Below are positions 9,132-19,037 of a stretch of 32,000 nucleotides of DNA, piece after piece (the stretch's first letter is position 1; each line of letters begins with the position of its first letter). Made by a program: the position numbers and the translations under genes. Location of the stretch: the NCBI GenBank assembly GCA_002495625.1, contig DAGC01000003.1, forward strand, positions 151,980 through 183,979, written 5' to 3'. The stretch comes from Methanobacterium sp. UBA375 (lineage in GTDB: Archaea; Methanobacteriota; Methanobacteria; Methanobacteriales; Methanobacteriaceae). The notes under the pieces were generated by a model that worked only from the letters and a program-made list of their open reading frames with translations, did not search any database and was not told the DNA's origin.

Positions 9132-10379
9132 ATGATTCTAATAAGAGGCATTGGAACCAACCCCTATATCGGTGTAGGGAAAGTAAAAAAGATAGTTACA
9201 CTGGAGGATCTCCTTGAACTGGATGGTGGGGAGATAGTTGTGGTATCCAAGGCATCAAGGGACATGTTGTCTCACCTCCAAAAGGCAGGCGGAGTGATTA
9301 CCGATTACGGGGGAATAACCAGCCACGTGGCCATAGTGTTAAGGGAATTCGGTGTCCCCTGTGTGGTGGGGACTGGTAAAGCCACCCTTGTCCTGGAAGA
9401 TGATGAAATTGTAACGTTAGATGGTAAAACCGGTAATATTTATCAGGGATTCATGGAACTGGAGGAGGAAAAGGAGTTTCTGGAAATATTTAACCCCTCC
9501 ACCAGGATAAAGGTCAATCTGAATGTCCCCGAGATTGCAGGGAGAGTTGCGCCCTATGCTGATGGTGTAGGGTCACTTAGAATTGAAAATATCATCATAC
9601 GTACCGGTAAACACCCCCAGGTGCTTCTAGATGAAGGAGAATTAACCGATATATTAACCGATGGTGTGAGGGAGATAGTGGACGCTTTTTATCCTAAATC
9701 CGTATTTTTCCGTACTTTTGACATCCCCACCGATGAACTAAAACACCTGGAAGGGGGAGAGATAGAACCGTTTGAACATAATCCACTTCTAGGTTCAAGG
9801 GGCATAACCAAGGATTTAAATAACCCCCCTATACTGGAAGCGCAGTTTAACGCGGTTAAAAATCTGCTGGATGAAGGGTATTCTAATCTGGCCCTGAAGA
9901 TACCCTATGTCAGGGATATCTCAGAATATGTCAAGTCAAAAAAAATCTTAGAGAAATGTGGTGTTCGTCCCCACCGAGACCTTAAGGTTGGTGTTTCAGT
10001 GGAAACTCCCTCAGTGGTCTTCACCTTTGATGAATTCCTTAAAGAAGGCCTGGACTTTATAACCCTCGGTATGAGCGATCTCACCATGTGCTCCCTGGCA
10101 GTGGACCGCCGGGGCGTTAAAGTGTCGAAGCACTTCCAGATAACCCACCCGGCTGTTATGGGTATGGTGAAGATGGTGATAGACCAGTGCAACCAGGCGG
10201 ATATTGAAAGTTGCATCACCGGTTACGCTGCTTCAGATCCCAGGATCGTGAGGAAACTGGTGCACTGGGGAATAAGCTCCATATCCACCAACCCCGACCA
10301 GATACTGAAGATGAGAAGACTGGTAAATATTGCAGAAGATGAGTTGTTGTTGAGTAATTTCACTGAACGGAATATATAA
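9132..10379 (+). CDS. PEP-utilizing enzyme family protein (phosphohistidine swivel domain plus PEP/pyruvate-binding TIM barrel, no ATP-grasp domain)
   Basis: Swivel domain GGITSHVAIVLREFGVPCVVG. Barrel motifs NPLLGSRGI, VGVSVETPS, LGMSDLT..LAVDR and the catalytic-Cys region ESCITGYAASDP. The protein starts exactly where the PpsA swivel domain starts. Confidence 0.7.
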   Translation: MILIRGIGTNPYIGVGKVKKIVTLEDLLELDGGEIVVVSKASRDMLSHLQKAGGVITDYGGITSHVAIVLREFGVPCVVGTGKATLVLEDDEIVTLDGKTGNIYQGFMELEEEKEFLEIFNPSTRIKVNLNVPEIAGRVAPYADGVGSLRIENIIIRTGKHPQVLLDEGELTDILTDGVREIVDAFYPKSVFFRTFDIPTDELKHLEGGEIEPFEHNPLLGSRGITKDLNNPPILEAQFNAVKNLLDEGYSNLALKIPYVRDISEYVKSKKILEKCGVRPHRDLKVGVSVETPSVVFTFDEFLKEGLDFITLGMSDLTMCSLAVDRRGVKVSKHFQITHPAVMGMVKMVIDQCNQADIESCITGYAASDPRIVRKLVHWGISSISTNPDQILKMRRLVNIAEDELLLSNFTERNI

Positions 10380-10418
10380 CTCATAATGAAAAGCAACTCA
10401 CATTTCAAAATCGAAGCT

Positions 10419-11129
10419 TCATAACTTCAACGCTTCTTCAAAATCTATTTTTCCCCGGTAGAGGGCAGATCCAACCACCGCCCCGTAGACACGTGTTTCA
10501 GACAGCATCTTCAAGTCGTCAAGGGTGGAAACACCACCAGCATATACGACAGGTATGCTAACTGCTTTTAGGAGTTCCATCAAGGGATCTACCTGGAAAC
10601 CCTCGAGGAGTCCTTCAAAATCCACGTTGGTAAACAGTATGCTCCCTGCCCCGGCTTCTTCCATTACCTTACCCATCTCCGGGACAGTTCTGCTGGTCTT
10701 CTCAGTCCAACCCCGGACCACAACCTGACCGTCCTTACTATCCAGTGCGACCATTACCCCTTCACTTCCAAACTCCTCTGCAAGCTGGGTTACCACTTCC
10801 TGGTTTTCCATGGCCAATGTGCCGAGGATAACCCTTTCTACGCCTGCTTCTAGTAACTTGGTGGCATCATCTTTACTCCGTATGCCGCCGCCCATCTCTA
10901 TGGGGATGGATAATTCCTCAACCATGCTGGTAATCAATTCCTGGTTGCGGCGATTATCTCCAAAGGCACCGTCCAGATCAATGAGGTGCAGCATCTCGGC
11001 ACCTTTTTCCTGCCAGCTTAGTGCAACTTCCACAGGGTTGTCGATGACCACCTGTTCAGTACCGGGCTTACCCTGTACCAGCTGAACACACTTGCCGTTT
11101 TTTATGTCTACCGCGGGGATTGTTATCAT
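10419..11129 (-). CDS. hisA: ProFAR isomerase HisA (histidine biosynthesis)
   Basis: [37 protein letters not shown] and a C-terminal GSALY give a typical HisA (beta/alpha)8 signature. Confidence 0.9.
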   Translation of the reverse strand: MITIPAVDIKNGKCVQLVQGKPGTEQVVIDNPVEVALSWQEKGAEMLHLIDLDGAFGDNRRNQELITSMVEELSIPIEMGGGIRSKDDATKLLEAGVERVILGTLAMENQEVVTQLAEEFGSEGVMVALDSKDGQVVVRGWTEKTSRTVPEMGKVMEEAGAGSILFTNVDFEGLLEGFQVDPLMELLKAVSIPVVYAGGVSTLDDLKMLSETRVYGAVVGSALYRGKIDFEEALKL

Positions 11130-11259
11130 AATTTCACGAACACCAGTTTATAAATTAATTTTTTCTACAAATACATTTATTTTAATTGATTTGGATTTTA
11201 GGGTATTATATTAACCTTTATCTTGAAAGTTGTTAGTTCTGTTTTTCAGTTATTGTTAT

Positions 11260-11502
11260 TTAATGAGATTTCTTTCTACAATCAAAGCATAAATCTGAAT
11301 TACTATTAGTTTTAAATACCTTTTTGCATTTTTTACAGGTGACTTCTTTAATGAGAGATGTTTTTTTCATCTGAAATTTTGCCATCTTTACAGAGCAATT
11401 ATAATTATTAGCCTGGATTGTTGCTCTGGCTTTTCTATTTAAGGCCTCCTCAGCAAATTTTTTTTCAATATCTTCCCCATAATCCCTGGCCATAAAAATC
11501 AC
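11260..11502 (-). CDS. Small zinc-ribbon protein (hypothetical)
   Basis: C-terminal CKKCKK-x13-CFDC zinc-ribbon pattern in an AT-rich ORF. The start is GTG at 11502 or ATG at 11493. I recognise no family. Confidence 0.4.
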   Translation of the reverse strand: MIFMARDYGEDIEKKFAEEALNRKARATIQANNYNCSVKMAKFQMKKTSLIKEVTCKKCKKVFKTNSNSDLCFDCRKKSH

Positions 11503-11681
11503 TGATCAATACCCTTAAGTCTGATTCATAAACAACCAATTTTCATAAATCATGGCGGATTATCAGGATAAACTAACAACATACTCAAAGCTATGTTAAC
11601 GGTGAAATGCACTGTGCACTGTAATTTGTTCATTAGACACATTTATATCCAAACAAATGAATTTTAGATTCTCGAGTTTAA

Positions 11682-12320
11682 TTATCCCTTTTTTTTATAT
11701 TTTTCATAAAGAAAGTATATAATTATTGATAATACTATCACAACCACACTGATCTCTTCAAAATATGAAATCTCAGTGGAAATGGTCTGGTACAGGCTTC
11801 CAAACTGCCATCCTAAAAATCCAAGGATGAACGCCCGTACCAGCGTACCTAGGAAGGTTATTATCACGAATTTTTTCAGGTCGTATCTGACGAATCCGCA
11901 GAAGACGTTTATGGCTATGCTGGGGACCACCGGAAGGGCCCTTACCGTGAACAGAATTACTTCATCGGATCGGCTTTCCTCGAATTTACTCTGAGCTTTT
12001 TCTATATTCTCCCAGGAGACACCCAGATATTTGCCCAAACGGTCTATTAATTCTTTACCAAGGTAATAGGCAAGGGTGTAGATGAGTAAAGAACCAATGG
12101 TAACTCCCACCGATGCTGGCAGTACAACGTTTATAAAGAGTGAAAAGATCGTCTCCGGGGAGATTGCAGCTCCCTGCAGGATGATGAAGCTGGTGCCCAT
12201 TATAACCAGGGTTGATGGTATGGGGGCGATGATTTCTTCAATTATACTACCCAGGAAAACTCCTAAGGGTCCGTAAGCAAGTAGTACACTTTCCAGATAT
12301 AATATAATTTCTTCGAACAA
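11682..12320 (-). CDS. DedA/VTT-family (SNARE-associated) membrane protein
   Basis: YGPLGVFLGSIIEEIIAPIPS followed by multiple TM helices, with a DedA-like size and layout. Confidence 0.7.
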   Translation of the reverse strand: MFEEIILYLESVLLAYGPLGVFLGSIIEEIIAPIPSTLVIMGTSFIILQGAAISPETIFSLFINVVLPASVGVTIGSLLIYTLAYYLGKELIDRLGKYLGVSWENIEKAQSKFEESRSDEVILFTVRALPVVPSIAINVFCGFVRYDLKKFVIITFLGTLVRAFILGFLGWQFGSLYQTISTEISYFEEISVVVIVLSIIIYFLYEKYKKKG

Positions 12321-12404
12321 AATTTATTACTCCTTTAAAAAGATTTATATAAGATTTTTATCAACTTTGTATTCCCGACCATATAAAAAAATTTAGGGTT
12401 TAAT

Positions 12405-12956
12405 ATGGATATTCTCTCGATGATCTTTTTGGCAATTGGACTGGCCATGGACGCATTCAGTGTCTCAGTGACCAGAGGATTAACCTTAAAATTGGGTGTT
12501 AAACATGCGTTAATCATCGCCCTATCTTTCGCTGGTTTCCAGATTTTTATGCCCGTTTTAGGCTGGCTCTCAGGAATACAACTTCAATACCTGGTTTCAA
12601 CCTTCGCTCCCTGGATCGCATTTCTGCTACTTTTGGGTGTTGGAATTAAGATGATCTATGAGGCCCTATCTGCCAATGAAAATGTTTCCAATCAATTTTC
12701 ATATAAAGAGCTGTTAATTCTCTCAATAGCAACCAGTATAGATGCTTTCGCTGTGGGAGTGACCTTCGCCTTTTTAAATGTAGCGATACTTCTTCCCATA
12801 CTTCTCATTGGCCTAATTACATTTATCCTTTCACTTATAGGGATTTACATCGGGAAGAACATCGGCCACCTGTTCGAAAATAAGATGGAAATAGTTGGCG
12901 GAGTAATATTAATAATTATTGGCTTTAAAATACTCCTAGAGAACATATTATTGTAG
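12405..12956 (+). CDS. mntP: Manganese efflux pump MntP
   Basis: Two internal repeats carry the GLAMDAFSVSV and SIATSIDAFAVGV motifs. The protein is about 180 aa with about 6 TM helices. Confidence 0.85.
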   Translation: MDILSMIFLAIGLAMDAFSVSVTRGLTLKLGVKHALIIALSFAGFQIFMPVLGWLSGIQLQYLVSTFAPWIAFLLLLGVGIKMIYEALSANENVSNQFSYKELLILSIATSIDAFAVGVTFAFLNVAILLPILLIGLITFILSLIGIYIGKNIGHLFENKMEIVGGVILIIIGFKILLENILL

Positions 12957-12964
12957 GTGTAACC

Positions 12965-13777
12965 ATGAGAAGAGTGGCTTTAAAGATTGCCTACCTGGGC
13001 ACAGAATATTACGGCTTCCAGAGACAGCCAGACTTGCCAACTGTGGAGGGAAAAATGCTATCCACACTGAAAGAGGTTGGTGTGGTGGATGACATCAATA
13101 AATGTGGTTTTGGAGTAGCTGGGAGGACTGATCGGGGAGTGCATGCCCTGGGAAACGTGATCACCTTCCTGACGGAAGAGGAAGTAATAATCAACCAGAT
13201 CAACGACGCTTTACCCAAAAGCATCAGAGTATTGGCCCAGACAAAAGTTCCCCTCCGTTTTAAAGCCAGGTACGCTTTAAATAGACATTATCGCTATTTA
13301 TTACCCCTAATCCCTGGTGATTCTCCTCTTGATTTTGACAAGATGGTTGAAGCTTCCAAACTTTTTAAGGGCACCCATGACTTCTCCAATTTCTCCAAGA
13401 AGAGTGAGAGAAACCCGGTTAGAACCATAGATGAAATTAAACTTACAAAAGAACAGGATCTGATACAATTCGACGTGGTTGGGGAGAGTTTCCTCTGGAA
13501 CATGGTGAGGAAAATGGTATCCATTCTCCAGATGGTGGGGAGGGGAGAGTTGCCATCGGAGATTATAGATGAGCTTTTCAACCCGGATAAGGATCTCTGT
13601 ATCATGCCCATGCCCCCGGAAGGTCTTATCCTCATGGACATAACCTATTCTGGTATTAAATTCCATGAAGACCCCTACGCTGTAAAGACGTTTAAATCGT
13701 TCCTTAAAGGGGAATACCTGAAAAACCAGACCATCGCCTTATCTCAAAAAGAAATGTTAAAGGGTTTGAAGGATTAA
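12965..13777 (+). CDS. truA: tRNA pseudouridine(38-40) synthase TruA
   Basis: MRRVALKIAYLGTEYYGFQRQP and GRTDRGVHALGNV (catalytic Asp motif). The gene starts 8 nt after the mntP stop. Confidence 0.9.
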   Translation: MRRVALKIAYLGTEYYGFQRQPDLPTVEGKMLSTLKEVGVVDDINKCGFGVAGRTDRGVHALGNVITFLTEEEVIINQINDALPKSIRVLAQTKVPLRFKARYALNRHYRYLLPLIPGDSPLDFDKMVEASKLFKGTHDFSNFSKKSERNPVRTIDEIKLTKEQDLIQFDVVGESFLWNMVRKMVSILQMVGRGELPSEIIDELFNPDKDLCIMPMPPEGLILMDITYSGIKFHEDPYAVKTFKSFLKGEYLKNQTIALSQKEMLKGLKD

Positions 13778-14068
13778 TTTTCTTGACCTGTCTCTGTTAA
13801 CCGAATGAATTTTTTTTATTTCTTCAATTAAGGAATTAACATGGGTTGTTTCTTGCAATTTAATTTGATTGATAAATCATAAATACTAGTAGACAGATAT
13901 GATTACACAGTAAGCATCTAAAAAGTTTGCTTAGGAGGAAATTGCCTGTTATACAAAAACAACGTACAAGTAACTTCTAATCTGCCAGGTTCAAAAAATG
14001 AAACTCCACAGAGAGTAAGGGGCATCATCGTTGGATTCGATCCCGGACTCACCGCTGGAATAGCCATA

Positions 14069-15331
14069 ATGGATCTAAATGGGGAGATTCTCTCCGTGAA
14101 AAGCTTCAAGGAGATATCCCGGGCAGAGATAATTTATCATATCATTAATTTTGGAAAAACTGTTTTAATTTCTACAGACGTGTATCCACCACCTAAAATG
14201 GCTAAAAAATTAGCCACCACCTTGAATGCTAAGTTACACCATCCCAGTAGAGACATGTCTGTGGGCTCTAAAATTGAGCTGGTTGAGTCCTTCCTGGGTG
14301 AGAAATCTTCCCTGGAGAGGTCTAAAGTTGTATCCTCTGAGCTGGTGCCACAGGACGCCCACCAGCGTGATGCTCTGGCAGCGGCCATCAGGACCTATAA
14401 AAGCTATGAGAAAAAATTAGAACAGATTGAGACTCGCTGTTTAGAAGTTAACATGTCTCCAGAAGATATTGACCTGATAAAGAGGATGGTTATAGGTGGA
14501 ACAGCCGTAAGTTCGGCCATCCGGATGGTACAGGAGATGGATGAAGAGACAGATAATATAGAGAATGTTGAAGAATTAGCTACGGATGAATTAGAGTCTT
14601 CTATAGATTCTGAGGCTGTTTTGAAGTTAAAAAACAGGATAAAAGCACAGAATAACCAGATTAGTAATCTTAAAAGCAGAAATGAATCCCTGGAGGATAG
14701 GATAAAGGACTATGAAATTGAAGTAACCAAACTCCAGGAGAAGATCGACAAACTGCACTACGAATACACCCAGGATGTTCTTCTAAATAAAGAGTTAGCA
14801 GCCAAACTTTCACTCATTAAAAAATTACAGGACAAGTACAACGAAGAAAAAGCCCTGAGGATGGAACTCGAAGAAAATCTCGATTCATTACGCAATATTC
14901 AAAGTATCAAACCCACTGAAAATGCCATTCCAGTGAAGATCATCGAAACATTCACCAGGGACGGGATAATGGCCGCCTGTGAATACTGGAAGATAAAGAG
15001 GGGTGATGTGATTCTCCTGGAAAGTTCTGAAGGCGGAGGATCACAAACAGCAGCTCTCCTGATAAAGATGGGTGTGAAGGCTGTTTTAATCAGGGATAAA
15101 ATTTCACACCACGCCCTGGAGGAGTTCGAAAAAAATATGGTCCCCCTACTCCAGGCAGATAACATGGAACTCAAGATGATCGACCAGTTCGCCATAGTAA
15201 ACGCCTTAAAACTCGAGAAGGAAATCCAGAGATGGAAGGAAGAAGTGGAAAGTAAAAGGATTAAAGAAAATAGTGAGGAAATATTAAAGGCTTTTGACGA
15301 ATACCGGGCTCGAAGAAAGAGATCTAATTGA
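14069..15331 (+). CDS. DUF460 (COG2433-like) protein: RNase H-fold N-domain plus long coiled coil
   Basis: The central part is heptad-rich (KLKNRIKAQNNQISNLKSRNESLEDRIKDYEIEVTKLQEKIDKL). The conserved N-terminal IVGFDPGLTAGIAIMDL segment begins upstream of the ATG at 14069 in the same open frame (13922 onward). See findings for the start-codon problem. Confidence 0.75.
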   Translation: MDLNGEILSVKSFKEISRAEIIYHIINFGKTVLISTDVYPPPKMAKKLATTLNAKLHHPSRDMSVGSKIELVESFLGEKSSLERSKVVSSELVPQDAHQRDALAAAIRTYKSYEKKLEQIETRCLEVNMSPEDIDLIKRMVIGGTAVSSAIRMVQEMDEETDNIENVEELATDELESSIDSEAVLKLKNRIKAQNNQISNLKSRNESLEDRIKDYEIEVTKLQEKIDKLHYEYTQDVLLNKELAAKLSLIKKLQDKYNEEKALRMELEENLDSLRNIQSIKPTENAIPVKIIETFTRDGIMAACEYWKIKRGDVILLESSEGGGSQTAALLIKMGVKAVLIRDKISHHALEEFEKNMVPLLQADNMELKMIDQFAIVNALKLEKEIQRWKEEVESKRIKENSEEILKAFDEYRARRKRSN

Positions 15332-15383
15332 TAGAGAGAAACTTATATACTGATTGAATATTAATTTTAACTTGTGAAATATT

Positions 15384-16694
15384 ATGAAAATCGCTTTTAT
15401 AATAGGCACCCGCCCGGAAATAATTAAGATGTCCCCCTTGATCGATGAAGTAAAAAGAAGGGGCATAAATTTTATTCTAATACACACCGGACAACATTAT
15501 GACCGGGAGATGTCAGAGCAGTTCTTTGAAGACCTGGAACTCCCTCAGCCAGATTACAATATAGGTGTGGGTTCAACCACCCACGGAAAACAAACCGCAG
15601 TGATGCTGGATGGGATTGAGGAAATCCTATCATCTGAAAGACCGGATATCGTACTGGTGGAGGGGGATACCAATGCGGTGATGGCCGGTGCCCTGGCAGC
15701 TAGTAAGATGCACATTCCAGTGGGGCATGTGGAGTCTGGACTGCGCTCCTACGATAAAACCATGCCCGAGGAAATCAACCGGATCGTTGCCGATATCTGT
15801 TCCGAGCTTTACTTCGTCCCTACAGAAGAATCAGCTGTAAATCTCATATTTGAAGGCCTCCACCCCCAAGATATTCATATAACCGGTAATACAGTGGTGG
15901 ATGCTGTCTACAGGAACCTGAAGATCGCAGAAAACTATTCTAACCTTAATTTTGATATAAAAAAGGATTTCATAACTTTGACCCTCCACCGGGCTGAAAA
16001 TACAGACAACCCCCAGAGACTAAAGAATATTACTGACGCTCTACTGGAGTTAAAGGAAATAGATATAATCTTCCCGGTGCATCCCCGTACCATCAAAACC
16101 CTCCAGGAGTTGAAACTCTATGATCAGCTGGCCCGGGCAGACCATATCCAATTGATGAAACCGACGGGTTACCTGGATTTCCTGGTTCTCCTATCCCACT
16201 CTAAGGCAGTAATAACTGATTCCGGGGGAATTCAGGAAGAAGCTATAACAATGGACTTACCATGCATAACTCTGAGATACAACACCGAACGTCCGGAGAC
16301 AGTAACCGCCGGCGGGAACATCCTGGTCGGTACAGATAAAGAACGGATAATCCAAACCGTACAGAATATTTTGGAGGATGAAGAACTATATCAGAGGATG
16401 AGCCAGGCGGAAAATCCCTATGGTGATGGGAAGACCTCCCAGAAGATTGTGGATATAATAACAGAGGCCTATGAAAACGGCAATCTTAAAATCACGCCAC
16501 CAGAAAATATTGGTGGATTGGAAGGCCGTTTCATCCAGAAAGTGGAAGAATCTATTGATGTCCTAAGATATGAGGAAAAAAACGCTTCTACTAGGATAAT
16601 CGTTGTTTTTGATGGGGATAAAGCCCAATTTCCCCATGGCAATCTCCAGTTAAAGGGTAAAACCATCATTCTGGAGAGATTCAGTGTTGAATGA
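15384..16694 (+). CDS. wecB: UDP-N-acetylglucosamine 2-epimerase (non-hydrolysing), with an extra C-terminal extension of about 75 aa
   Basis: [43 protein letters not shown] and DSGGIQEEA. The epimerase core ends near aa 360. The additional tail spans 16467..16694. Confidence 0.85.
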   Translation: MKIAFIIGTRPEIIKMSPLIDEVKRRGINFILIHTGQHYDREMSEQFFEDLELPQPDYNIGVGSTTHGKQTAVMLDGIEEILSSERPDIVLVEGDTNAVMAGALAASKMHIPVGHVESGLRSYDKTMPEEINRIVADICSELYFVPTEESAVNLIFEGLHPQDIHITGNTVVDAVYRNLKIAENYSNLNFDIKKDFITLTLHRAENTDNPQRLKNITDALLELKEIDIIFPVHPRTIKTLQELKLYDQLARADHIQLMKPTGYLDFLVLLSHSKAVITDSGGIQEEAITMDLPCITLRYNTERPETVTAGGNILVGTDKERIIQTVQNILEDEELYQRMSQAENPYGDGKTSQKIVDIITEAYENGNLKITPPENIGGLEGRFIQKVEESIDVLRYEEKNASTRIIVVFDGDKAQFPHGNLQLKGKTIILERFSVE

Positions 16695-16809
16695 AATTAA
16701 ATTTGGAATGAATAAAATAAATATATCCATGGTACTCCCTTAATCTAATAAAAAGATTAAAAAGGAATTCATCTAATTGAAATGAATCCATAGAGAGGAG
16801 TAGTACGCG

Positions 16810-17838
16810 TTGAAATTACTTGTTTTTGAATATGCAAATGCCTTGGGATTGGAAGATCCCTCCACCACCGTGGAAGGTCAGCATATGCTGGAAGGATTAT
16901 TAAGTGACCTTAACCATATCGGTGCCGATTACATCATATCTGAAGACTCTAAAATCAGTGTTGACCAGGTTAATGGTGAATTTCAAAACTGTTCTCCCCT
17001 GGTTATAAGTGAAGAACTGTTTCCCTGGCTGGAGGAAAACATAACTAACTACGATGCCTGTCTTCCAGTGGCACCGGAAGAAGATCTTATCTTATACGAA
17101 ATCACCAAAATACTAGAGGATAACGATGTTAAAACCATCGGATCATCGTCTGAAGCTGTTTTGGCCTGTTCAGATAAATTTGAAACTTATAACCTCCTGA
17201 AAGACGACTATCCTGTAATCAAGAGTGAGAAAGTATTATTCAGCGATCTTAAGGAGTATAAACATATCTTCTCTGGTGGAAAGGATTTTCTGGTTAAACC
17301 GGCCGATGGTGTTTCCTGCTCGGGTGTGCAGATAGTTCAGTCTTACGCAGATTTCATAAAGGCCTCTGCCCATCTAAAAAGAACAACCAGCCTACCCTAC
17401 TTCCTTTTACAGGACAGGGTGGAAGGAAAAAGCACCAGTGTCAGCATCCTAAGCACTGATAACCGGGCCCTGCCCCTGAGTTTAAATCTACAGAACATAG
17501 GATTTGATGGGGGTAAACTGGTTTATAATGGTGGAAAAGTTCCTTATGAACATAATTTATCAGATGATGCTAAAGACATTGCTCGAAAGGCTGTAGAATC
17601 GGTTAAAGGATTGAAGGGCTACGTGGGTGTGGATTTGTTACTGGACGATGCCCATGGGGAGATCTACATCCTGGAGATCAACCCCCGTTTAACCACCTCC
17701 TACGTGGCTTTAAGAAGGCTTTTAAACTTCAATCTGGGTGGGGCCATAATTGATGCCGTTAACGGTGAGTTACCTGCAAAAATAGAATTAGAAAGTTCAC
17801 TGAGTTTCCTGAAGGGTGAGGATATAACCTTTAAATAG
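16810..17838 (+). CDS. mfnD: ATP-grasp enzyme, probable tyramine-L-glutamate ligase MfnD (methanofuran biosynthesis)
   Basis: TTG start 9 nt after GAGAGGAG. N-terminus MKLLVFEYANALG and ATP-grasp C-terminal motifs (GYVGVDLLL..IYILEINPRLTTSY). It is paired with the hydantoinase-like gene that follows. The assignment rests on family resemblance and gene pairing. Confidence 0.55.
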   Translation: MKLLVFEYANALGLEDPSTTVEGQHMLEGLLSDLNHIGADYIISEDSKISVDQVNGEFQNCSPLVISEELFPWLEENITNYDACLPVAPEEDLILYEITKILEDNDVKTIGSSSEAVLACSDKFETYNLLKDDYPVIKSEKVLFSDLKEYKHIFSGGKDFLVKPADGVSCSGVQIVQSYADFIKASAHLKRTTSLPYFLLQDRVEGKSTSVSILSTDNRALPLSLNLQNIGFDGGKLVYNGGKVPYEHNLSDDAKDIARKAVESVKGLKGYVGVDLLLDDAHGEIYILEINPRLTTSYVALRRLLNFNLGGAIIDAVNGELPAKIELESSLSFLKGEDITFK

Positions 17839-17949
17839 GTATTCCGTGTGTAATTGAGACCTACCTGTTAAGATTAAGACCTACTAATTAAAACCTACAT
17901 GTAAGATTCACTGGATATATTAACCAACAAGATTAAGAAATGTGATATT

Positions 17950-18972
17950 GTGAAGATAGCTGGATTTGATATTGGAGGTGCTAACACAGACCTGGCTGTG
18001 GTGGATTTCAACAGCAAAGACAACATCAACGGGATTACCACAGACTTTGAGTATCTGCCTATGTGGCAGGAGAAAGAACGTCTTTCCACCGTCCTGACAG
18101 AACTTCTAGGTGACCAAAAAGAGGAGATCGAAGCGGTGGGCGTCTGTATGACCGCAGAACTGGTAGATGCTTATCAAACTAAGAGGGAGGGTGTTCTAGA
18201 TATAGCTCGAAAGGTGAAGGATACTTTTAATCTTCCTATAGGTTTTATCGGTTCAGAAGGTGTAGTTGGTTACGATGCATTGTTAAATAAACCACTTAAC
18301 GTGGCGGCTGCCAACTGGGTGGCCACTTCTAGGCTGGCCGGAATTGTAGAACCAGACTGTATCATGATTGACACCGGGAGCACCACCACCGATATCATCC
18401 CTATTAAAGATGGAAAGGAATGTGCCAGGGGCAGATCTGACCTGGAGAGACTGGGCACTGGTGAACTGGTTTACACTGGTACCCTGAGGACCAACGTGGC
18501 CACACTGGTGGATAAGGTGCCCCTGGATGATTCATGGTACCGGGTGGCTTCAGAATTATTTGCCATAACAGCGGACATCCACCTGGTGCTTGGAAACATA
18601 TCCGAAGAAGATTACAGTTGCCACACCCCAGATGGTGCCTGTATCTCTGTAGAAGATTGCATGCGACGTATCGCCCGGGTGGTCTGCAGTGATATGGATG
18701 TGCTGACACCTGGTGATATAAAATCTTTATCAGAATACATCCACTCGAAACAGGCAGAAAGTGTCTCGGAAGCTCTACTGGAAGTTTCAAAGAGAAATAA
18801 CATCTCCCAGGTGGTAACCACTGGTCTGGGTATGGATATAATAGGTAAAAAGGCCAGCAAAATTGCCGGTATTCCATCGGTAGGGATGGATCAGCTTCTA
18901 AGTAAAGAAGAGTGCGTGGTAGCCCCGGCGGTGGGTACTGCTATTTTAATGGGGGAATATTTGAAAAAATAA
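17950..18972 (+). CDS. mfnF: Hydantoinase/ASKHA-like H4MPT-linked C1 pathway protein, probable MfnF
   Basis: GTG start. FDIGGANTD (ASKHA phosphate-1-like) and [10 protein letters not shown] motifs, about 340 aa, adjacent to the ATP-grasp gene as in the MfnD/MfnF families. Confidence 0.55.
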   Translation: MKIAGFDIGGANTDLAVVDFNSKDNINGITTDFEYLPMWQEKERLSTVLTELLGDQKEEIEAVGVCMTAELVDAYQTKREGVLDIARKVKDTFNLPIGFIGSEGVVGYDALLNKPLNVAAANWVATSRLAGIVEPDCIMIDTGSTTTDIIPIKDGKECARGRSDLERLGTGELVYTGTLRTNVATLVDKVPLDDSWYRVASELFAITADIHLVLGNISEEDYSCHTPDGACISVEDCMRRIARVVCSDMDVLTPGDIKSLSEYIHSKQAESVSEALLEVSKRNNISQVVTTGLGMDIIGKKASKIAGIPSVGMDQLLSKEECVVAPAVGTAILMGEYLKK

Positions 18973-19037
18973 GATGAATTATTTAATATTATCATCTTTA
19001 AATCGATATTTAATACTAAAAATCCTCTAAACCTTAT

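Noticed and set aside
12321-12404. Mn-responsive (yybP-ykoY-like) riboswitch upstream of mntP
   Set aside because: The spacer is only 84 nt, is AT-rich and is largely taken up by a TATA element. It has no GC-rich helices or conserved-looking junctions.
13998-14018. ATG-initiated 6-codon ORF as the true start of the DUF460 gene via programmed frameshift
   Set aside because: A frame shift would be needed within 18 nt with no clear slippery heptamer. An in-frame CTG with a perfectly spaced AGGAGG is the simpler explanation, though it remains unproven.
18404-18877. 157-aa minus-strand ORF inside the mfnF-like gene
   Set aside because: The Pro/Cys/Trp-rich translation has no recognisable domain. 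The opposite strand carries the ASKHA motifs.
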